Shown in pieces: positions 25,562-32,000 of a stretch of 32,000 nucleotides of DNA. Source of the DNA: an uncultured Syntrophaceae bacterium (GTDB lineage: Bacteria; Desulfobacterota; Syntrophia; Syntrophales; UBA6109); NCBI GenBank assembly GCA_964506465.1, contig CAZDLM010000028.1:1-32000 (forward strand). The letters run 5' to 3'. The first letter of the stretch is position 1; each line of letters opens with the position of its first letter. The notes under the pieces were generated by a model. The model was not told the DNA's origin. It saw only the letters and a list, made by a program, of their open reading frames with translations, and ran no database searches. Made by a program: the position numbers and the translations under genes.

Positions 25562-25972
25562 CTAAAAACACTGCTCTTTGTCAAGCGATTTGTGCCGCGG
25601 ACTGACGACCGGTTCGGCGGTAAAAGCCCCCGTACAGGCCGGTTCGCCGGCTATTGCGACGCTGAAGAGATAGGTCCATCCGTCCCGCCCCTCCCGCCTG
25701 GATATCTTCAGCGTCAGTTCCTCATCCGGCCTGACCGGAAGGCGAAAACGGACCCTCCCGAGACCGGTAATCCTCATCGACCTTCCCTCCCCGCGTTCCG
25801 CCGCAAGGATCGCCTCTTCCACCAGCGCCAGGATGGCGATTCCCGGAAGCAGCGGGGCGCCGGGGAAATGGCCGTCGTACCACGCCGAATCCGCTGAAAC
25901 GCTTGCCGAAGCCGCTATGCGGTCCGCCGTACCCGAACGGCGCGACAACGCCTGATGGAACGTCTTCTTCAT
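25562..25972 (-). CDS. 3-hydroxyacyl-ACP dehydratase, FabZ/FabA-like hotdog
   Basis: 136 aa with DSAWYDGHFPGAPLLPGIAILALVEEAIL, the canonical HFPGxPxxPG motif and catalytic-Glu helix. Confidence 0.85.
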   Translation of the reverse strand: MKKTFHQALSRRSGTADRIAASASVSADSAWYDGHFPGAPLLPGIAILALVEEAILAAERGEGRSMRITGLGRVRFRLPVRPDEELTLKISRREGRDGWTYLFSVAIAGEPACTGAFTAEPVVSPRHKSLDKEQCF

Positions 25973-26832
25973 TTGTCCTCCGGACCTTTCCTGATTTCGG
26001 GAACAGCGCCGGACCGCGGAAGGGTTGCCGGTTCCATCACCGGCCTGCCGGTCAACTGCGACAGCGGCACGACCTCATACCCCTTCGACTTCAGCCCCAG
26101 GACGATCTGCTCCATCTCCTCCATCCAGTCTGCGATCCCGCCGTCGCCGGACGGCGTGACGTCGTGGAGAAGGACGACGGCCCCGGGGCGGACCCTCGAA
26201 AGGATGCCTTTGGCCAAGCCCCGGATGCGGCGGTTCCCGAAATCGCCGGCCCGGCAGCTGAAGGTGATGCAGTCCATGTCCAGCGTCCTGAGCACCCCCC
26301 GCAGTCTCGGATTGGTGATGCCCACGGGCGGCCGGAAAGCGCGGGGCAGGATGCCGAAACCGGACAGCAGTTCCTGGGCGCGGGTGATCTCATCGCAGAG
26401 TCTCGCGCGGGAACGCAGCATCAACAGAGGGTCATGATGGTAGGAGTGATTGCCGATGGCGTGCCCCCGCGACAGGATCTCCCGGATCAACGCCGGATGC
26501 CGTTTCGCCTCGACCCCCACCACAAAGAAAGTCGCCGGCAGCCGATGCCGATCCAGGAGGTCGAGCAGACCGGGCGTGACTTCCGGATCGGGGCCGTCGT
26601 CGAACGTCAGGGACACCGCCCGGCGGTCTCCCGCTCCGCGGCTGATCACCGGCAGGAAGAAACCCGCCCGGGGCAGAAAGGGGGCGGCCAGGCAGGAGAG
26701 AACAAACAGGCCGAGGGGGACGGCGGCCATTTCCGCACGCACGAACATCAGGCCCCCGGAGAGGAGCATCGATGCAGCGCCCGCGATATGGGCCGGCGAC
26801 GGATTCCTTCCAGCGGTCGACGCCTTGTTCAT
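25969..26832 (-). CDS. Polysaccharide deacetylase (NodB-like, CE4) family membrane-anchored protein
   Basis: 287 aa from MNKASTAGRNP (ATG overlaps the upstream TGA). Contains AVSLTFDDGPDPEVTPGLLDLLDRHRLPATFFVVGVEAKRHPALIREILSRGHAIGNHSYHH. N-terminal hydrophobic helices are present. Confidence 0.9.
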   Translation of the reverse strand: MNKASTAGRNPSPAHIAGAASMLLSGGLMFVRAEMAAVPLGLFVLSCLAAPFLPRAGFFLPVISRGAGDRRAVSLTFDDGPDPEVTPGLLDLLDRHRLPATFFVVGVEAKRHPALIREILSRGHAIGNHSYHHDPLLMLRSRARLCDEITRAQELLSGFGILPRAFRPPVGITNPRLRGVLRTLDMDCITFSCRAGDFGNRRIRGLAKGILSRVRPGAVVLLHDVTPSGDGGIADWMEEMEQIVLGLKSKGYEVVPLSQLTGRPVMEPATLPRSGAVPEIRKGPEDK

Positions 26833-28178
26833 CTCAGCAACAGCTCCCACAGCGGACCGGAATGACCGCGGGCGTACATCCGGGCCACGGCGCGTTCCGT
26901 CTGAGCGCTGCCGTCCCCATAAATCCAGTTCAGGCGGCCCCGGGCTTGCCGCTTCACGCGCTCCCTGATCTCATCCTTCGCAATTCCCTTGGAGCGATAA
27001 AAGATCGGGGTCAGAAGATCCTGATCCGGTGCGATCTGTCCCTCCTCCAGCGAGAGTTGATAAAGCGGGGTCTGGGGGAAGATCCGTACGCCACAGAAGA
27101 GGAAGAACACCGCCTTTCCCAGCGCCTCCATGCCGGCCAGCGTCTCTTCCAGGGTCTGTGCGTCCTCTCCGGGCCCGCCCAGCAGAAAGTAGTGGGCGAT
27201 GTGGATCCCTGCCCCCCGGGCGCTCGCGTGGGCGGCGAAGACGTCCCCCGCTTGAAATGGTTTCTGGTAGCGCCTCAACTGCGCGTTGCACAGAGATTCC
27301 GTTCCGAATTCGGCGTGCGTCATTCCGGCGTCGGCCAGGGCGCTGTAATAACCCTCGGCCGGACGCCGCGGGGCCAGAAAAGCCCCCCAGGGAATGCCGA
27401 GCCGTTCGCGCCGGAAGGCCTCGGCGACGGCAAGGCTGTGGTCCTCGTCGGCGTTGAAGACCGAGTCCGTGATGAAAAGAAACCGGGCGCCCAGTTCCTC
27501 CAGTTCCCGCGCCTGCCGGGCGACCTCTTCCGGGGGGAAGAACCGGAATTTGCGCCCCTCGATCAGGGGGAAGGAGCAATAAAAACAGCGGAACGGACAA
27601 CCCCGCTTCGTCTGAAGGTTCATGATCCCTCCGCGATCGAGGTAGAAGCGAAGCCCGGCTTCGCCGGGCGCCGTCCGCCGCGCCACTTTTCCGGTCCAGG
27701 GTACGGGGCACCCGACGGGTCCGCCGCGCGTTACGATCCCGGGCAGGACGGCGGGGTCCGTGCGTTCTTCGAGGGCGGCGAGCAGCAGCGACATGGCCTC
27801 CCCCTCCCCGACCACGCCGAAATCGGCATCCAGCCGGGACATGAACTCGCGGGGAAAGATGGAAAAGCCGCTGCCGCCGAGAACGATGGGGGCCTGCGTG
27901 CGCGCCCTGATGAACCGTGCAAGCGCCTCATAACCCGGAATGAAGCTCTTCGTATCGAGGGTATCTTCGTTGTCGATATTCCGGATGGAGATTCCGATGA
28001 CGTCCGGACGATCGACTCTCAGGGAGTCTTCCAGACGATCCTGAGCCCCGGCAACGTTCATGTCCAGGATTCGCACCTCATGACGGGGCGTCAGGGCCTG
28101 CATGACATAATCGAGCCCGAGCGGATAAACCGGGTGCGGGGTCGTGACCGTGTTGGCCGAAATGAGCAGCACCTTCAT
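26829..28178 (-). CDS. B12-binding-domain radical SAM protein
   Basis: 449 aa with MKVLLISANTVTTPHPVYPLGLDYVMQAL...HEVRILDMN, VLGGSGFSIFP and QTKRGCPFRCFYCSFP (CxxxCxxC). Confidence 0.91.
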   Translation of the reverse strand: MKVLLISANTVTTPHPVYPLGLDYVMQALTPRHEVRILDMNVAGAQDRLEDSLRVDRPDVIGISIRNIDNEDTLDTKSFIPGYEALARFIRARTQAPIVLGGSGFSIFPREFMSRLDADFGVVGEGEAMSLLLAALEERTDPAVLPGIVTRGGPVGCPVPWTGKVARRTAPGEAGLRFYLDRGGIMNLQTKRGCPFRCFYCSFPLIEGRKFRFFPPEEVARQARELEELGARFLFITDSVFNADEDHSLAVAEAFRRERLGIPWGAFLAPRRPAEGYYSALADAGMTHAEFGTESLCNAQLRRYQKPFQAGDVFAAHASARGAGIHIAHYFLLGGPGEDAQTLEETLAGMEALGKAVFFLFCGVRIFPQTPLYQLSLEEGQIAPDQDLLTPIFYRSKGIAKDEIRERVKRQARGRLNWIYGDGSAQTERAVARMYARGHSGPLWELLLR

Positions 28179-28208
28179 GAAGTCAACCTTTCCAGCTCGC
28201 CGACGCCC

Positions 28209-28571
28209 TCACCGTCCGTCCATCTTTTCGACGGTCCTTCGCGCGGCCCAACGGAGGAAGAACAAGACATAGGTCGATCCGGCAAGCCAGGAACCGACCA
28301 TGAAAACAATGTGGGAAAGGCCGTAGGTCAAGGGACCCCCGACGGCGACAACGAGCGGCTCATTCAGGGAATAGGCCATGACGGCCAGAAGCCCCACCGC
28401 CGGCCAGCCGATGAGGTAGCTCAAACCAACGAGTCCCAGCCCCACCCAGACCCGGGGTTGCGGTCTCCCGCGCAGCGAAGAGAGATCCCCCTTCTCCTCC
28501 ATGGCCTCGCGCACAAAACGCATCCGGACCAGCCGGCGGACGATCGCTGCCCTGATCGGACCCCCTGACAT
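28209..28571 (-). CDS. Small integral membrane protein, unknown function
   Basis: 120 aa with about three hydrophobic segments (VWVGLGLVGLSYLIGWPAVGLLAVMAY; VAVGGPLTYGLSHIVFMVGSWLAGSTYVLFFL). First gene of the long minus-strand run. Confidence 0.6.
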   Translation of the reverse strand: MSGGPIRAAIVRRLVRMRFVREAMEEKGDLSSLRGRPQPRVWVGLGLVGLSYLIGWPAVGLLAVMAYSLNEPLVVAVGGPLTYGLSHIVFMVGSWLAGSTYVLFFLRWAARRTVEKMDGR

Positions 28572-28927
28572 CGCCTTACTCCCTCCGCACCCCTTGCCGG
28601 AACGCTCCCCGCCGCTTCCGGATCCGCGCCATCACCGCCGGGAACGCCATCCCCGGCCCGACCGGCTGAAGAGGTTTTATATCCCAAAAGCATCTTCAGC
28701 GCCATCTCTTTGGGTTTCCCGGCTCCCTGTCTCGTTCCCCGGCCGGGAGGAGCAGGAATCCGCAAGAGAATATTGATTTTCATTTATTTTCAGGATATGC
28801 AGAAGCCCAATGCGCGCAGGCAGGTATATGCAACTCTTCACCTCTTTCTTCAACTGCCCGCTCTTCGCTTCATTTCCACAAAAGACGCATCAAGAAATTG
28901 TCACGATAGAAAAAGGAGGATCCGAAC

Positions 28928-29533
28928 ATGAATATGAAAAGATGCGCGTCTCTGGCGGCAGGTTTTGCGCTGTGCCTCTTTCTGACTTCCTGCAGTTCGA
29001 CAACCGATGCCGTAAAAGTCCCTCTGAACCATTACTCTCCAAATTTGAAGTCGGACCTGAGCAAATACAAGGGAAAACCGATCTATCTGATGAACTTCGA
29101 CAATCAGGCCAAAAATACCACCAACTTTTACTATTTGAGCCTTGACCGGAAATTTGCCTATCACGGAGACTCCCTCATCCACAACTATTTCTGGTATTCC
29201 TTCGACAAGGCCCTGAAGAATCTCGGCATGGTCGTCTCCAACCCGAATCGGCCGGATGCCGTTGCGCCGGGCGTGTGGCTGACCCTGAAATCGATCACCG
29301 ACGCCCGCTACGTGGTGGAGGTAAAGATCCAGACGCGATGGGAGCCGTTCTTCACGAAGACCTACGAGGTCGCGGGAGATGCCTCCGTCGGTGACGGAAA
29401 GACGCCGGCCGAACTGGAAAAGAGGGCCTACCTCATGACCAACCGGCTCATCGAGGGCATCTTGACCGACGTGGAATTTCAGAACGCCTTTTTCAAGGCC
29501 GTCAAGGAGATGGCATCGACGAAAGGCACCTGA
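28928..29533 (+). CDS. Putative lipoprotein of unknown function
   Basis: 201 aa with a lipobox in MNMKRCASLAAGFALCLFLTSCSS. A strong AAAGGAGGA RBS sits directly upstream. Confidence 0.8.
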   Translation: MNMKRCASLAAGFALCLFLTSCSSTTDAVKVPLNHYSPNLKSDLSKYKGKPIYLMNFDNQAKNTTNFYYLSLDRKFAYHGDSLIHNYFWYSFDKALKNLGMVVSNPNRPDAVAPGVWLTLKSITDARYVVEVKIQTRWEPFFTKTYEVAGDASVGDGKTPAELEKRAYLMTNRLIEGILTDVEFQNAFFKAVKEMASTKGT

Positions 29534-29544
29534 GAAGACGACGC

Positions 29545-30987
29545 ATGACCGGGACCCCTGACATGCCGGCAGCGGAAATGACGATGTACGAAACGATTGC
29601 GGCCCTTCTGGAGAAAGAGGCCTCCCCTTTCGTCCCTTCCGGGCCGACCATAGGGGAAATCGCCGCGTTGGCCGCCGGATTCCGGGATTTCTTCGCCCGT
29701 TCGAGAACGCCCGCCGATGAGCCGGTTTGCCTGTGCGTCGAGAACCGGTCGCACCTGCTGGCGGCCGTGCTCGCCTCTCTGGCGGGCGCCCCGCCTTTCA
29801 TCCTCCCGCATGCCTGTCACCCGCAGGTTCTCAAAGAGGCGCAGGGAGAGAGGCCCTTCCGGATGATCCTCGCCGACGTCGCCGTGGAGGCGCCGAAGGG
29901 GGCGGCCGTCATCGATATCGCGGCATGCCGTCCGGGCCATGGACCCCTGAAGCTTACCCGCCCTCCGAAGCAGCCCCTCGTCTTTCTCTTCACGGGGGGC
30001 TCCACCGGAAAACCACGGCTCTGGTCCAAGACCCCCGAAAATCTGTTCGGCGAGGCCTTCCACCTGGCCGGATCCCTCGGCATCGGTCCGGCCGACCTCA
30101 TCCTCTCCACCGTCGGCCCCCAGCATATCTACGGTCTGCTCGGCTCCGTTCTTCTCCCCTTCATCGCATCGGCGCAGGTCATCGGGCGAACCTGCACGTT
30201 TCCCCGGGAGATCCTCGGCGCACTCCGCAGAGACAGTGCCACGATCCTGGTCAGCGTCCCCGCCCATTACCGGGCACTCAGGGCCACGGATCTCACCCGC
30301 CATGCCCTGAGGATCGCACTCTCCTCCGCAGCCCCGCTGGATCCCGAAGACGCCGCCGCCTTCCTGGACAAGACGGGACTGGCGATCCGGGAAATCTACG
30401 GGTCGACGGAAACCGGAGGGATGGGAATGCGGACGTCCGGCGAAAATCACGGATCCTGGAAGCCCTTCACCTGTCTGGACTGGAAGATCCTCGCGGACCG
30501 GCTCTGCGTGCGTTCGCCTTTCGTCTCCCCGGATCTCCCGCGCGACGAGGCCGGTTTTTTCACGACGGCGGATCGCGCCGCCGCGGACGATGGAAACCGC
30601 TTCCGCGTCCTGGGGCGTGCGGATCGCATCGTCAAGATTGCCGGCAAGCGGGTCGATCTGGAGGAGATCCGGGAGAAGATCCGGCGGATCCCCGGCGTGA
30701 CGGACGCCCACGTAACGACGGTTCCCCTGAAGGGGGCCAGGCAGATGGAAATCGTGGCCCTTGTGGCCAGCGATCAGCCCGCCCGTCAGGTCAGGGCCGC
30801 CGTCCGGTCCCTGGACGATCCTTACGGCCGTCCGCGCCGGATTCGCATCGTCAGGGCCGTTCCCGTCCTTCCGAACGGCAAGGTCGACCGGCATCGCATC
30901 GAGAAGCTCTTCGCCGCACCCCATCGCCCGAAGGCGGCCGAGGGCCTCACGGACCGCGTCCCTCCTTCCCCTCCCCCGTATCCCTGA
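29545..30987 (+). CDS. AMP-dependent acyl/aryl-CoA or -ACP synthetase (ApeH/XanA2-like ligase)
   Basis: 480 aa with LVFLFTGGSTGKPRLWSK, REIYGSTETGGMGMR, RVLGRADRIVKIAGKRVDLEEI and catalytic-Lys motif LPNGKVDRH. Confidence 0.85.
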   Translation: MTGTPDMPAAEMTMYETIAALLEKEASPFVPSGPTIGEIAALAAGFRDFFARSRTPADEPVCLCVENRSHLLAAVLASLAGAPPFILPHACHPQVLKEAQGERPFRMILADVAVEAPKGAAVIDIAACRPGHGPLKLTRPPKQPLVFLFTGGSTGKPRLWSKTPENLFGEAFHLAGSLGIGPADLILSTVGPQHIYGLLGSVLLPFIASAQVIGRTCTFPREILGALRRDSATILVSVPAHYRALRATDLTRHALRIALSSAAPLDPEDAAAFLDKTGLAIREIYGSTETGGMGMRTSGENHGSWKPFTCLDWKILADRLCVRSPFVSPDLPRDEAGFFTTADRAAADDGNRFRVLGRADRIVKIAGKRVDLEEIREKIRRIPGVTDAHVTTVPLKGARQMEIVALVASDQPARQVRAAVRSLDDPYGRPRRIRIVRAVPVLPNGKVDRHRIEKLFAAPHRPKAAEGLTDRVPPSPPPYP

Positions 30988-31864
30988 GAAAAGTCTCGAA
31001 GTGATACCACTCGTCGGGATGCGCGCGGGCCGTTTCGGCGAGCAGATCCGCATACGTCTGGGCCGCCGTCTCGACGGCCCTGCGGCGTTCGGCGCGCGAG
31101 GCGACGGCGACGAAGACGGGCGGCTTTGCGACGACGTGGTAACGCCCTCGTCCCGTGCGATGGCCGAAGAAGATCAGGAGCGGCGCCCCGGAGATGCTCG
31201 CCAGGATATAGGGAATTTCCGGGAGCCGGGCCTCGCCGCCGGCGAACCGAACGGTGACGGACCGCTGGTCCTGAGCCCATAACCGGTCCCCCGTGAGGGA
31301 AACTAGCCCGCCGCTCCGCAGGAAATCCAGGCCTTCCAGGATGTCGATCGCCGACGCCGCTTCCTCCGGAGCCGAGACGACGCGGATCCCGTTTGCCTTC
31401 ACGGTCCGTTTCTGACGCCCCTCGATCTGCTCCCGGCGCTTCTCCCCGAGATAGAGCAGCAGCCTGATCCGCGGGTCCCCCTCGCCCATGCGCATGAGGA
31501 GCTGTGCGGCGATTTCCCAGCCGCCCACGTGCGACATGAGGATGATTCCGCCCCGGCCGCCGTGGGCGGCGGCAACGATATGTTCCCATCCCTCGCAGGT
31601 GAACGGAAGCCCGCCGTCTTCCGCCAGGCGGAACCGGTCCAGGAAGACGTGGACGAAGGAGTGATATTGCCGCCAGGTGCGCAACAGAGCGTGCAGCCGC
31701 GGCCTTTCCGGGAAGAGACGGCGGTAGAACCGGACGCTGACGGCGACGCGGCGGGGGCAAAGAAGGAAGTAGCCCGTCGCCACGTGCCAGGCGATCAGCA
31801 GGAAGATCCAGTCTCCGAACGTCCTCGCCAGGGCCATGAGACAGCGGTAGAAGAGATCCTTCAC
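30947..31864 (-). CDS. LpxL/HtrB-like lysophospholipid acyltransferase
   Basis: 305 aa, GTG start. Contains GGIILMSHVGGWEIAAQLL (HxxxxE motif) and GLVSLTGDRLW. Confidence 0.87.
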   Translation of the reverse strand: MKDLFYRCLMALARTFGDWIFLLIAWHVATGYFLLCPRRVAVSVRFYRRLFPERPRLHALLRTWRQYHSFVHVFLDRFRLAEDGGLPFTCEGWEHIVAAAHGGRGGIILMSHVGGWEIAAQLLMRMGEGDPRIRLLLYLGEKRREQIEGRQKRTVKANGIRVVSAPEEAASAIDILEGLDFLRSGGLVSLTGDRLWAQDQRSVTVRFAGGEARLPEIPYILASISGAPLLIFFGHRTGRGRYHVVAKPPVFVAVASRAERRRAVETAAQTYADLLAETARAHPDEWYHFETFLRDTGEGKEGRGP

Positions 31865-32000
31865 GGCTGAGCCTCTCCCGGTGCGGACCGTTCGGCGACG
31901 AACCAGGTCTCTTCGCTCGCCGGCGCCGACGGCTCCACGGTTTCGATCCGAAAACCCGCGGCGCGGATTGTCGCCTCGATCGCTTCGCGGCTCCGGTAAC
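31861..32000 (-). CDS. C-terminus of an unidentified protein (possibly a SAM-dependent methyltransferase), runs off right edge
   Basis: Open minus-strand frame YRSREAIEATIRAAGFRIETVEPSAPASEETWFVAERSAPGEAQP*, whose TGA overlaps the GTG start of the LpxL-like gene. The C-terminal style fits a class I methyltransferase, but the window is too short to be sure. Confidence 0.4.
   Translation of the reverse strand, partial: YRSREAIEATIRAAGFRIETVEPSAPASEETWFVAERSAPGEAQP

Noticed and set aside
26772-28568. 598-aa plus-strand ORF
   Set aside because: Antisense to a clear B12 radical SAM gene and its small membrane neighbour; no family motif.
1-32000. CRISPR arrays, tRNA/rRNA genes, transposases, integrases or phage genes
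   Set aside because: I looked for regularly spaced DNA repeats, CCA-ending cloverleaf-like segments and mobile-element protein motifs in the ORFs and found none I could support.

Overview
This GC-rich window looks like a deltaproteobacterial-type (taxon inferred only) genome and is dominated by one long minus-strand lipid or polyene biosynthesis locus, about 5.8-28.6 kb, which continues at 28.9-32 kb and off the right edge. I can support five FabF/KAS-II-like ketosynthases, and one of them (5776..6993) has lost the Cys/His/His triad, like a chain-length factor. The locus also has three acyl carrier proteins, three dehydratase-fold proteins, and five radical SAM enzymes (three with a B12-binding-type layout plus one adjacent paralogous pair). 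Other members are a CrtI-like FAD desaturase/isomerase, an acyl-CoA dehydrogenase, a 4HBT thioesterase, PlsY- and PlsC-type acyltransferases, an LpxL-type acyltransferase, an AMP-dependent ligase, a polysaccharide-deacetylase-like enzyme, a MipA/OmpV protein and a lipoprotein. No ketoreductase or enoyl reductase is visible. The gene content suggests a specialised FAS-II-like system for an unusual (polyunsaturated, polycyclic or aryl-polyene-like) membrane lipid. It combines features of aryl-polyene clusters with the KS, radical SAM and CrtI set proposed for ladderane-type clusters. The left 4.2 kb is a separate catabolic/redox island: 3-hydroxyisobutyrate-dehydrogenase-like protein, MBL-fold hydrolase, aldehyde ferredoxin oxidoreductase, ferredoxin subunit and a FadR/GntR regulator. 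Between the two lie a thioredoxin-like protein, a YHS-domain protein and a secreted protein built of 11-residue amphipathic repeats. All calls come from reading the sequence and ORF track; no database search was run.
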